Sequence record: SRR20825019_248
DNA length: 37,957 nucleotides
Reading direction: 5' to 3' (one strand)
Of the stretch, positions 18,321 to 27,332 are shown in pieces. A program made the position numbers and the translations under genes. Each line of letters starts with the position of its first letter. The stretch's first letter is position 1. A model generated the notes under the pieces. It did no database searches, had not been told where the DNA came from, and worked only from the letters and a program-made list of their open reading frames with translations.

Positions 18321-19241
18321 TCAGAGCCTGTTTGCGTCATCAGTGTTACAAAAGCCTTTTGGTGTGATGGCAAACCCACAGGTATGAATGTCTTTTACGG
18401 GTACGGTTACCAGGTTGTCCAGCTTTTCCCAGGCCGCAGGAAGGTGTCTGGTTTGCTTGGGTAGCCATGTGCGGGATTTGAAGTTCATAAAATGTAGATA
18501 CATATATTCCGCTTCATCCCGGTTATTAGTGAGCTTTCCTTGCTGCCAAAACCAGGTTTGAGGGTGCTTCTTACTACCATCTCTCCATTTTATTGGTGAC
18601 AGGATAGTACTGAATTGCTCTTTAAACAGTACCTTTCTTTGATATTTCGAACTCAGAGACCACAATTTCCGGAGCCATTTTGGATGTTTCCGGTGAGGGA
18701 TAAATACCTTGGTAAACCGTGACTCATCAAAGCTGACATGCTCAGGCTTTTCCAATTGTTGTTTCCAGTCTTTTGCCTGCATGAAACTTTTTCTGATTTC
18801 AGGAATATTTCTGAAGATACAGAAGTGGCCGGAAATACGGTTTTCATGTGTGCTTATTACATTGTAACGGCTTAGCAGATCATCGCTTATAAAATCACGT
18901 ATCTGGCCATAAATGACGTCAATATCACCGAAGGCATAAAAATCATAATCTGCGATATCATCGTGATGAATATAGCCAAGCGCAGGTTTGATATCGCAGA
19001 GTTTATAGGCAGCAGTTGGGTTGAAATTGATGCTCAGCTTATTGCTGACCAACTGCTTATACTGGCTGAAAGAAAGTACATTGAAACGGACATTGTCAGG
19101 AGCGTGGCTAGGGGGGGGCGCATCAGTATAGAAAAGCCAGTCAATGTCAGGGTTATAGCGGCAGCTTTCAAGGAAAAGTTCAAACCACTCCGGCCAATGA
19201 CCAAACCATGGAATGATTTTGACCAGACTGAATTTAGACAT
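18321..19241 (-). CDS. DUF6625 family protein (putative glycosyltransferase)
   Basis: IIPWFGHWPEWFELFLESCRYNPDIDWLFYTD, YKLCDIKP, FGDID (DxD), SFDE, YLHF. Confidence 0.8.
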   Translation of the reverse strand: MSKFSLVKIIPWFGHWPEWFELFLESCRYNPDIDWLFYTDAPPPSHAPDNVRFNVLSFSQYKQLVSNKLSINFNPTAAYKLCDIKPALGYIHHDDIADYDFYAFGDIDVIYGQIRDFISDDLLSRYNVISTHENRISGHFCIFRNIPEIRKSFMQAKDWKQQLEKPEHVSFDESRFTKVFIPHRKHPKWLRKLWSLSSKYQRKVLFKEQFSTILSPIKWRDGSKKHPQTWFWQQGKLTNNRDEAEYMYLHFMNFKSRTWLPKQTRHLPAAWEKLDNLVTVPVKDIHTCGFAITPKGFCNTDDANRL

Positions 19242-19561
19242 CTGAACGAGTCATCCTTGGGCTGTTAATGGAACTCATTATTCTACTTACATTTATTTTG
19301 ATATGACAGCTCAGAAATAAAAAAGACAGTGGCTCAAAATCCTGTATGCACTAATGACATAGCCTATAGAATAAACTATCATTCGATGCCTTTGCGCGGG
19401 TGGTAGTATCCGAATTGAGAGCAATTAGGGCTGACTTTGCTTTCGACATTCCAGATAGTATCTACTTGCTAGCAAATGGCAATAAGAGCCACGAATAGGC
19501 AGTCAGTATACAGCCTGCTTATCAGCATGGAAGCTTAATATATTGGGCATTAATTCGGTTT

Positions 19562-20788
19562 ATGAAGATATTTTCATTTAAAGACAGGGCTGATCTGCCG
19601 CTCCTTATCAGAGCTTATTGGCTACCGGCGCTGGTCATATTCTGGATAGCAGGCTATTTTTTCTTTCCCTCAAATAAGCTGCACTATCAGTTCTTCCTAC
19701 TGATTTTCCTTATGGGGACTGTCTGGTTGATGTCGCAACACAGGCCTGTCATGGTTTGGCTGCCCAAGTCCACAGTGCTGAGGGTGGGGGGGCTATATGC
19801 CACCTTCTATTTTTTGAGTATTTTCTGGTCGATTGAGACGACTCTCTCAGAACGTCTGAGCGAAATAAAAACCCTAGTTTACTTGTTAATATTTTCCTCG
19901 CTGATCACTTATTGTCTTCGCCGATACCCTGACTTTCTCTTCATGCTACTCAAGCTGGTTTTAATTGTGGCTGGCTTAACTCTGTTGCTAAATCTTATCC
20001 TGTTTTATTTCATAAATGGCAATGATTTGTCTGAGCGTTTTCATGGTTTCGGAAGACTATGGAGTCCGCTTTGGATGGCGGCGGTTTATGGTGCCTTAAC
20101 CGTGATATTAGTCGGCATATTAACCCTCAGGCCACTGCAACTCAGAGCGACACAGAAAACCGGGCTGATTTTACTGGCAGGCTTATTCTTCATCGCCGTT
20201 TTGGCCACACAATCAAGAATGGCGATTGCTGCCACCATTTCTGTCAGCTTCATTGCAGCGGTAACCAGTAATGTTTCCCCAAAATTCAGATTATTCAGTG
20301 TTGTTGTCATCGCGTTTATGCTGGGATTGACGATGTGGTTATCTGCCAGTGTGTTCGACAGAATGGTGGAGCGGGGACAAAGCTATAGGCTGGATATCTG
20401 GCAGGGTGCTATCGATTTGGTCAGGGATAAGCCGCTTCTAGGTTATGGTGCGGGTTCGGATATTCAAATTGATACTGCTGTTAAGAAGGTAGACGAGTGG
20501 CACCATTACCACAGTAGTTACATCGCCACGCTGGTCGATCTGGGCCTGATAGGATTTATGCTCAGTATGGTGTTAATTGCTTCTACTTTTCGTGCGGCTT
20601 GGCACTTGCGACAAAGCAGTGCAGTCAGGATAAGTATTTTCGTTTTTCTCTATTGTTTAATGATTAGCCTGACTTTTGGTGAAGGCTTCATTTCCAGGAT
20701 GAATGTTCAGTGGTTACTGTTCTGGTTACCGTTGATTATCATTGCTCATTACGAAACGAAACAACGCGGAACATCATCCCTTCAGTAA
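19562..20788 (+). CDS. waaL: O-antigen ligase (WaaL/Wzy_C) family membrane protein
   Basis: Many TM helices; TQSR, RLDIWQGA..KPLLGYG and HYHSSY...LGLIG motifs; located in the LPS core locus. Confidence 0.75.
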   Translation: MKIFSFKDRADLPLLIRAYWLPALVIFWIAGYFFFPSNKLHYQFFLLIFLMGTVWLMSQHRPVMVWLPKSTVLRVGGLYATFYFLSIFWSIETTLSERLSEIKTLVYLLIFSSLITYCLRRYPDFLFMLLKLVLIVAGLTLLLNLILFYFINGNDLSERFHGFGRLWSPLWMAAVYGALTVILVGILTLRPLQLRATQKTGLILLAGLFFIAVLATQSRMAIAATISVSFIAAVTSNVSPKFRLFSVVVIAFMLGLTMWLSASVFDRMVERGQSYRLDIWQGAIDLVRDKPLLGYGAGSDIQIDTAVKKVDEWHHYHSSYIATLVDLGLIGFMLSMVLIASTFRAAWHLRQSSAVRISIFVFLYCLMISLTFGEGFISRMNVQWLLFWLPLIIIAHYETKQRGTSSLQ

Positions 20789-21880
20789 TTGCTGAATCCG
20801 TGGATGAGACCAGAAAAATTCTCTGACTGCCTCGTCAGAGAATTTTTCAAGTTGCTGTCTGGAGCGAAGCGCCAGCTCTTCCGAGTCGGTTACTGGTTCC
20901 AATGTATCCAGAATAGCTTTACTTAAATTCTCAGCACTACCCATCTCAAACAGACGACCAACTCCCTCTACCACCTCACAGGCGCCACCACAGTCAGAAG
21001 CAATAACAGGTATCTCTGCTGCCATAGCTTCAAGTAAAACCATGCCAAACGGCTCGTGGTCAGAACTCAATACAAAAAGATCAAAAGCCCGGAACAGCTT
21101 CCTCGCCTCTTTCACATGGCCTGTCAAAATAACCTGCTGATTGAGATCAAGTTCAGCGATTAATGTGCGAAGTTTAGTTTCAGACTTACCTGTTCCAATA
21201 ATGACCAGACGGCTATTTTCAGGCAGTTCTTTCAGGGCGAGTGAGAAACCTCTGATCAGGGTTGCCTGATCTTTGTCAGGATGCAAGCGCCCAACATTGG
21301 CGATAACGAAGGCATCGCGGGGGAGAGATAATTGTTCGCGAGCTTCATTTCTGGACAAGAGCTGAGAACGAAGGAAGCTGGCGTTCACGCGGTTATATAA
21401 GGTAAAAATCCTGTCCTCTGAGAGAAAAGGTAAGCGGGCCCGGATTTCATCTCTGACGGCATTCGACACGGTCAGAATTGTCAGTCGCTTGTTAAACAAT
21501 CTGGCCAATAACCTTCTTCCTAACCGGTCAAAGTCGCCAAAAGCATGATGAACACTGATTACCGGTAATCTGGTTGAAATGAGGGCCAGATAGGTCGGTT
21601 TATTTCTATGGGCAATACAGGCTTCAAACTGGTACTGTTTTGATAGCGCCTGTAACTCTCTAATGATGTGTGTTTTCAGGCCATCGAGCTCATCACGATG
21701 ATGTTCAAGAAAAATGACTTCGTCAGCATCAGCTTCTTTGCGCACGGCAGCATCTTCCGGTCCGCATAAAAAAACAGTGACGACACGATAAGGGGAGTTC
21801 TTGAACAGAGCCGCATATTGTCGAGTGCAATCCAGGAAGGGCTGATGATAATTCTGACAAATTTGTAATACAGTTTTCAC
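20774..21880 (-). CDS. GT4 glycosyltransferase, WapH (PA5004)-like outer-core glucosyltransferase
   Basis: PFLDCTRQYAALF, HHAFGD, VGRLHPDKDQATL, SDHEPFGMVLLEAM. GTG start. Confidence 0.88.
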   Translation of the reverse strand: MKTVLQICQNYHQPFLDCTRQYAALFKNSPYRVVTVFLCGPEDAAVRKEADADEVIFLEHHRDELDGLKTHIIRELQALSKQYQFEACIAHRNKPTYLALISTRLPVISVHHAFGDFDRLGRRLLARLFNKRLTILTVSNAVRDEIRARLPFLSEDRIFTLYNRVNASFLRSQLLSRNEAREQLSLPRDAFVIANVGRLHPDKDQATLIRGFSLALKELPENSRLVIIGTGKSETKLRTLIAELDLNQQVILTGHVKEARKLFRAFDLFVLSSDHEPFGMVLLEAMAAEIPVIASDCGGACEVVEGVGRLFEMGSAENLSKAILDTLEPVTDSEELALRSRQQLEKFSDEAVREFFWSHPRIQQLLKG

Positions 21881-21938
21881 AGTCTAAGAGCCTGATAAAT
21901 CAACGCTAGGGTCGAGATGGTATGAATTCCGATACGAA

Positions 21939-22748
21939 CTAATGATCCAGACTGTCCTCTTTTAGGATTGCCATAGCATTGATTCCCCGGAGTTTACGCT
22001 GGATTTTCTTCTGATCTTTTTCGGGTTTTTTGGTTGTACGTCGCAGCTCCGGGTTGAAAATGGATGTGGCATGATTGAGATGATCAACATATTTACCAAG
22101 AAATTCAGAAGGCAGGAATTTCATCCTGTAGCCAGCCTGCTGCATTTTCCGGTGCATCACTTTACCGGCAGTATCATCGCCATCAGCGAAACTCGTTTTA
22201 ACTGCGTTAATAATATCCGTTCGGTACATTGCACAGTGACTTCTGAGATATTGAGACTTAATATCCAGGCGCTGCGGGTTATAGCGTTTGTAACCAAAAA
22301 AACGGTGAAGCTGATGCTTCCAGAATTGTTCAAATTTTATGCCTGCACGGCGAATCGCATTCTTGGATTCCAGCTTCCACGAGCCGACACCTGCGACATC
22401 AGCAGAATCAAACTCCGCCAGCAACACTTCCAGCCAATCATGACGTTTTACAAAGGTGTCGGTATGGATGGAGAGAACGTAAGGGGTTTTTACCTCTTTC
22501 AGTGCCAGATCAAGTGCTCTTGAATGCGCCTGGACTCCGGACTCGTTGTCGCTACAGTCACGTTCTATCAACCGAACCCATTCCAACTCTCGCAGATAGT
22601 CGAGGGAAGCATCCTGAGAGTCATTGTCAATCACAATAACCTCTGCCAGGTCAGGGTTGGTATATTTCCTCAGCAGCCGCAGACAAATCGTGGTGATTTC
22701 CGGTGTTTTATAGTTAGGAACAAGAATCGTTACTTGTTTTTCAGCCAT
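21939..22748 (-). CDS. GT2/GT-A fold glycosyltransferase
   Basis: VTILVPNYKT, VIVIDNDSQD, SIHTDTFV. Confidence 0.85.
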   Translation of the reverse strand: MAEKQVTILVPNYKTPEITTICLRLLRKYTNPDLAEVIVIDNDSQDASLDYLRELEWVRLIERDCSDNESGVQAHSRALDLALKEVKTPYVLSIHTDTFVKRHDWLEVLLAEFDSADVAGVGSWKLESKNAIRRAGIKFEQFWKHQLHRFFGYKRYNPQRLDIKSQYLRSHCAMYRTDIINAVKTSFADGDDTAGKVMHRKMQQAGYRMKFLPSEFLGKYVDHLNHATSIFNPELRRTTKKPEKDQKKIQRKLRGINAMAILKEDSLDH

Positions 22749-22766
22749 TGTGTTTCCGTCTGTTCA

Positions 22767-23801
22767 TCAATTCTCAAAGTGGAGGTGGAGTACTTGCAAT
22801 ACTCTATCCTTATTGAGGTCACGCATACAGCGATGATGCCCGAGCGGGCATTCCCGCTCAAAGCAAGGGCTACATTCAATATCAATCTGCACAATATGCG
22901 CATTGTCTGCCAGTGGCGGCGTGAACGCTGTTGAGGTGGGGCCGTAAATAGCGACCAAAGGTCGCTGCATAGCCGCAGCGATATGCATCAGGCCTGAATC
23001 ATTGGAAATTACCCAATCAGCGGTTCCCAGCAAATCAATGGCTTGTTCAAGTTTGGTTTTACCGCTGAGGTCAACAAACTGAGACTGATGATGGGGCTGA
23101 ACCGCGGTTTCAATTTTAGCGGCAGTTTTTTGATCAGCTTTTGACCCCAGGACGATTACCTGCCAGCCCCGGTTCAGCAAGGTGTTGGCAACTTCAGCGT
23201 AATATTCGGGTGGCCATTGTTTGGCCGGACCGAACTCAGCGCCAGGACAGAGAATCAGGCGTTTCTGACCGGGCTTAAGCTCCGGGTTCACATCATCACT
23301 GACCGGAAAGGCTTCCATCAGTGGTGCTTGATAACTGGGTGCGGCATGAGATTGAGATGCGGGGTAAGCCAGCGACACAAAACGCTGAACCATCATCGGC
23401 AGGGCCTGTTTATCTAATTTGCGGATATCATTGAGCAGTCCATAACGCATCTCGCCGCGCCAGCCGGTGCGGACCGGAATGCCGGCAAACCAGGGAATAA
23501 GTGCCGATTTCCATGAGTTGGGCAATACAATCGCCTGGTCGTAATGATGCTGTGCCAGTTGTTTCCCCAGCTTTCTGCGCATTGACCAGCCTAATACGCC
23601 ATGACTGACCGGCATCGATATCGCTTCGCTGACTTCCGGCATACGCTGTAGCAAAGGACGGGTCCAGTCCATCGCCAGCACGTCAATCTGCACCGCTGGG
23701 TTATCCGACTTCAGTGCTTTGAACAATGACTGCGCCATGACCATATCACCGACCCAGGATGGCCCGATAATCAGGATTTTGTTTATCCTCGGTTCAGACA
23801 T
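22767..23801 (-). CDS. waaF: Lipopolysaccharide heptosyltransferase II (GT9)
   Basis: KILIIGPSWVGDMVMAQSL, LPNSWKSA, GEMRYGLLND, CPGAEFGPAKQWP, NDSGLMHIAAA. Confidence 0.97.
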   Translation of the reverse strand: MSEPRINKILIIGPSWVGDMVMAQSLFKALKSDNPAVQIDVLAMDWTRPLLQRMPEVSEAISMPVSHGVLGWSMRRKLGKQLAQHHYDQAIVLPNSWKSALIPWFAGIPVRTGWRGEMRYGLLNDIRKLDKQALPMMVQRFVSLAYPASQSHAAPSYQAPLMEAFPVSDDVNPELKPGQKRLILCPGAEFGPAKQWPPEYYAEVANTLLNRGWQVIVLGSKADQKTAAKIETAVQPHHQSQFVDLSGKTKLEQAIDLLGTADWVISNDSGLMHIAAAMQRPLVAIYGPTSTAFTPPLADNAHIVQIDIECSPCFERECPLGHHRCMRDLNKDRVLQVLHLHFEN

Positions 23802-23804
23802 TGC

Positions 23805-24605
23805 TCAGTGCAGTGTGCTGTGGGTAATAAAGATAAAGATCACCCCCAGCGCAATCAGCACGATCTGCTGCAGGGTCTCACGGGGTTTGATACGGGTATG
23901 CAGACCCGGGATCAAATCGGCCACCGCGACGTAAATAAAACTTGAAGCAGCGATCACCAGAATGTAGGGCAACAAGTGCTGCATATCACCCAGTGTGAAA
24001 TAAGCCAGTAGGGCGCCGACAACAGTGCCCAGGCTCGACAACACATTGAAATAGAGCGCTTTGCGCCGTGTGAAGCCGCTGTGCAGCAGAATCACAAAAT
24101 CCCCCAGTTCCTGGGGGATTTCGTGAGCGGCGATAGCCAATGCCGTGACAATCCCCAGATGAATATCTGTCATAAATGCAGCAGCGATCAGGATGCCGTC
24201 AACAAAGTTGTGGATGGTATCGCCGATCAGAATCAGTGGCCCGGCTGCTTCATGATGATGGCCACCGTGATGGTCAGGGCGCTCCAACTCAGGGATATGT
24301 TCGTCACCGTGGTGACTGTGGCAATGGCGCCAGAGCACCATTTTTTCCAATACAAAAAACAGCATCAGGCCCAGTAGCAGGGTGAGCCCGATTTCGTGGG
24401 CATCAACCGCATAGTGATGCTCAATGGCATGCGGCAGCAAACCCAGAAAAGAAGCGCCCAGCAAAGCGCCGATGGCAAAGCTGACCAGGTGCGGTACCGC
24501 AATACCCCGATGATTTTCTGACAGCATCAGGAACGACGAAGCGATCGCCACACTCAGCAGGCCGCCCAGCAGACTGAAGCCGATAATCCAGTAGAGTAAA
24601 TCCAT
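23805..24605 (-). CDS. ZIP family metal (Zn/Fe/Mn) transporter
   Basis: LVSFAIGALLG, His-rich loop HCHSHH..HHGGHHHE, GDTIHNFVDG, HEIPQELGD. Confidence 0.93.
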   Translation of the reverse strand: MDLLYWIIGFSLLGGLLSVAIASSFLMLSENHRGIAVPHLVSFAIGALLGASFLGLLPHAIEHHYAVDAHEIGLTLLLGLMLFFVLEKMVLWRHCHSHHGDEHIPELERPDHHGGHHHEAAGPLILIGDTIHNFVDGILIAAAFMTDIHLGIVTALAIAAHEIPQELGDFVILLHSGFTRRKALYFNVLSSLGTVVGALLAYFTLGDMQHLLPYILVIAASSFIYVAVADLIPGLHTRIKPRETLQQIVLIALGVIFIFITHSTLH

Positions 24606-24641
24606 AACAACCTACAAAAAAGTTAAGCGGATAATGATACC

Positions 24642-25388
24642 TTATTTGCGCTCAATCCAGATAAGCGATGCCATCCTGCCGGTCTCGCTGTCACGGCGGT
24701 AAGAAAAAAAGCGATCGGTTTCCGAGACAGTACAGTGATGACCGCCGTAAACAGCCTTGATACCCAGCTGGTTCAGCCTTTGCCGTGCAAGCAGATAGAG
24801 ATCTGCCAGATAGTGGTCGCTAGCGTGTGGCTGGAATGCCTCCGCGGCTTCTCTGGATCTGGCCGTAAAAGCAGCAAATACCTCCGCGCCGACTTCAAAT
24901 TGCTGCGGACCGATAGCCGGGCCCAGCCAGGCCAGGATGTTGCCGGGATCACAGACAAACTGCGAGACCGTATTTTCCAGTACGCCGTTCAGTAAACCGC
25001 GCCAGCCAGCATGAGCTGCTGCCACCTGTTGCCCGGCTGAATCAGTGAACAAAACCGGCAGACAATCTGCCGTCATGACAACACAAACCTGATCGGCCTG
25101 ATTGCTGTATATGGCATCAGCCTCTGTACCCGCCTGCCAGTTGTCAGCGTCAATGACCCGGGTGCCATGAACCTGTTCCATCCAAAGCGGGTTTGCCGGC
25201 AGTGCTGCTGCCTGTTTCAATCTTTCGCGGTTGGCGAAAACCGCTTTCTGGTCATCATTCACATGCAAACCGAGGTTAAGACTGTCATAAGGTGGTTTGC
25301 TGATACCGCCGGCGCGGGTGGTAGAGAAAGCCCTAACTTGTGCCGGTGCCGGCCAGTCAGCTTCAATAAAAGCTATGTCCGGGCTCAC
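24642..25388 (-). CDS. pgeF: Peptidoglycan editing factor / purine nucleoside phosphorylase YfiH
   Basis: TTRAGG, NLGLHV, QVHG, TADCLPV, AHAGWRG, FFSYRR. GTG start overlaps the upstream TGA. Confidence 0.95.
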   Translation of the reverse strand: MSPDIAFIEADWPAPAQVRAFSTTRAGGISKPPYDSLNLGLHVNDDQKAVFANRERLKQAAALPANPLWMEQVHGTRVIDADNWQAGTEADAIYSNQADQVCVVMTADCLPVLFTDSAGQQVAAAHAGWRGLLNGVLENTVSQFVCDPGNILAWLGPAIGPQQFEVGAEVFAAFTARSREAAEAFQPHASDHYLADLYLLARQRLNQLGIKAVYGGHHCTVSETDRFFSYRRDSETGRMASLIWIERK

Positions 25389-26179
25389 TCGACAGCCTCA
25401 GCCAGATAATGCTGCCATTGTTCAAACAGATTGTGATCAATGGCAGCATAAGTCGAACGGGGTTGCAGGCTGCGGCTGAAAGGCTGATCTCCCTGCAGAG
25501 TGGCTGCATAGCCGCCGGCTTCAGCGAGAATCAGATCGGCAGCGGCGTAATCCCAGATATGCTGACTGCCATGCAGATAAATGTGACCCCGCCCTGCGGC
25601 GAGCCAGCAAAGTTCTAATGCGATGGAGCCGAGGTTACGTTGGGAGCCATAGGGTTTATCGCTGACAATGCGCGTGGTCAGGTTTTTCGGCAGACGTTTG
25701 AAATCAATAAAAGCAATGCTTCGCTTAAGGTGTAAACCGGTGTTTTCGGCTACCAATGGTTCGTCGTTCAGCCAGGCACCCTGACCACGCACAGCAGAAA
25801 ACAGCTCGTCCCGTACTGGATCCAGCACAACACCGGCTTTGACCTCACCGGATTCGATTAAAGCCAGTGATACCGAAAAAAAAGGCAATCCTGCAGCAAA
25901 GTTACTGGTGCCGTCGACCGGATCCAGACACCAGATCGGTTTACCGGAATCAAGCAGGACTTGTTGCTGATCCGCCGTCATCTCCTCACCCAGTAACAGC
26001 ACATCAGGACAGATACTGGCGAGGCGCAGTGTCAGCGCCTGCTGCACCGCTTTGTCCGCGCGGGTAATAATGCTGCCGTCTTTTTTGTATTCCCGCTGGA
26101 CGTTGTTATAGAGCGGCAGCAGTGTGTTTTGCGCCACTTCTCTGACGATGTTCTGCAGTTGCTGCCGGTCAATATCCAT
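25385..26179 (-). CDS. Inositol monophosphatase family protein (SuhB-like)
   Basis: LGEE, WCLDPVDGTSNFAAG, WDYAAA..EAGG. Confidence 0.92.
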   Translation of the reverse strand: MDIDRQQLQNIVREVAQNTLLPLYNNVQREYKKDGSIITRADKAVQQALTLRLASICPDVLLLGEEMTADQQQVLLDSGKPIWCLDPVDGTSNFAAGLPFFSVSLALIESGEVKAGVVLDPVRDELFSAVRGQGAWLNDEPLVAENTGLHLKRSIAFIDFKRLPKNLTTRIVSDKPYGSQRNLGSIALELCWLAAGRGHIYLHGSQHIWDYAAADLILAEAGGYAATLQGDQPFSRSLQPRSTYAAIDHNLFEQWQHYLAEAVE

Positions 26180-26185
26180 GTCGCG

Positions 26186-26194
26186 AGTATAACA
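26186..26194 (-). promoter_or_regulatory. Extended -10 (TGTTATACT) positioned for a leaderless IMPase transcript
   Basis: Minus strand reads TGTTATACT-CGCGAC-ATG, with no Shine-Dalgarno. Confidence 0.6.
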
Positions 26195-26275
26195 GCGCCG
26201 TCAGAATTTAATTCAATCTGACACCGCCACAGGGTAAACTGCGGGCTGTTGAAACGATTTACGATTGCGGTTTGC

Positions 26276-27004
26276 ATGCGAGTTCCACGATTTTACTGTC
26301 CCCAACTGGATCCGGATAAGGTCCAGTTCGATCTACCCGATGCGGTGCATCGTCACGCCATTCAGGTGTTACGAATGAAACCCGGTGGGGTGATCCGGTT
26401 GTTTGACGGCGCCGGCCGCGAATTCGAAGCCAGCCTGACTGAAGTAGAAAAAAGACGCTCGCAGGTAAAACTGGGTGAAGCGTGTCATCAAATCAGCGAT
26501 TCGCCATTGCAAATCACCCTGTTGCAGGGGATTTCACGCGGTGAACGAATGGACTTTGCTATACAAAAAGCCGTTGAGTTGGGTGTCAGAACCATCGTGC
26601 CAGTCATCACCGAGCGTTGTAACGTGCAACTCAGTCGCGAGCGTGCTCAGAAAAGAATCGCGCACTGGCAAGGCGTTTTAGTCAGTGCCTGCGAACAAAG
26701 CGGTCGCAGTTATCTGCCCGAACTGGCAGAGGTGACCAGCCTGGAGCAGGCGATGAGTTCAGTAAACGATGAGCTCAGACTGGTGCTGGATCCGGAGGCG
26801 ACAACCGGCTTCCACGACTTAAGTAAACCGTCAGCCTTAACCCTGTTGATCGGTCCGGAAGGCGGTTTATCGGATACTGAAATCCAACAGGCCAAGACAG
26901 ATGGTTTCACTGCCCTGCAGTTCGGTCCAAGAATTCTGCGCACGGAAACAGCAGCTACGGCGGCGTTAGCGGTCGTGCAGACGCTATGGGGAGATCTGGC
27001 GTGA
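26276..27004 (+). CDS. rsmE: 16S rRNA m3U1498 methyltransferase
   Basis: MRVPRFY, HAIQVLR, QKAVELGV, ACEQSGR, IGPEGG, GPRILRTETA. Confidence 0.96.
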   Translation: MRVPRFYCPQLDPDKVQFDLPDAVHRHAIQVLRMKPGGVIRLFDGAGREFEASLTEVEKRRSQVKLGEACHQISDSPLQITLLQGISRGERMDFAIQKAVELGVRTIVPVITERCNVQLSRERAQKRIAHWQGVLVSACEQSGRSYLPELAEVTSLEQAMSSVNDELRLVLDPEATTGFHDLSKPSALTLLIGPEGGLSDTEIQQAKTDGFTALQFGPRILRTETAATAALAVVQTLWGDLA

Positions 27005-27312
27005 GTGAAAGTACCTTTCTGTTTCTGTTTTTGGCGGTGATTGCCTGGCTATGGTGGGACAGTCGCGGTGTCGCTGAGCGAGCCACGATCTCCGCCCGGG
27101 CTTATTGTGGCAATGCCGGCGTCAGCTTTCTTAATGATACGGTTGCCTGGCAAAAAATCCGCCTCATACGCAATCGTCGTGGCCGGATCTCGCTACAGCG
27201 TACTTACTTTTTCGAGTTTGCCAGTGATATGCAACAGCGCTATCGTGGTGAAATCGTCATGCTGGGTAAAAAAGTTGAATCGATCAGCCTCGACGCCTAT
27301 CGCGTCAGTTGA
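27001..27312 (+). CDS. DUF3301 family small membrane protein
   Basis: N-terminal TM, LNDTV, RTYFFEF..RYRG. GTGA overlap with the rsmE stop. Confidence 0.75.
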   Translation: MSESTFLFLFLAVIAWLWWDSRGVAERATISARAYCGNAGVSFLNDTVAWQKIRLIRNRRGRISLQRTYFFEFASDMQQRYRGEIVMLGKKVESISLDAYRVS

Positions 27313-27332
27313 TCTCACCACAGAGGACTATC

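Noticed and set aside
19399-19406. GGTGGTAG, ops/JUMPstart-like site upstream of waaL
   Set aside because: One mismatch in the 8-nt GGCGGTAG core, no upstream JUMPstart half, and only one gene downstream.
19453-19475. Short palindromes AGATAgTATCT and TTGCTAGCAA in the DUF6625/waaL gap
   Set aside because: Short enough to arise by chance in AT-rich DNA; no regulator can be assigned.
27318-27326. ACCACAGAG matching the start of the MITE arm
   Set aside because: Isolated short match that overlaps the GAGGA ribosome-binding site; no partner arm.
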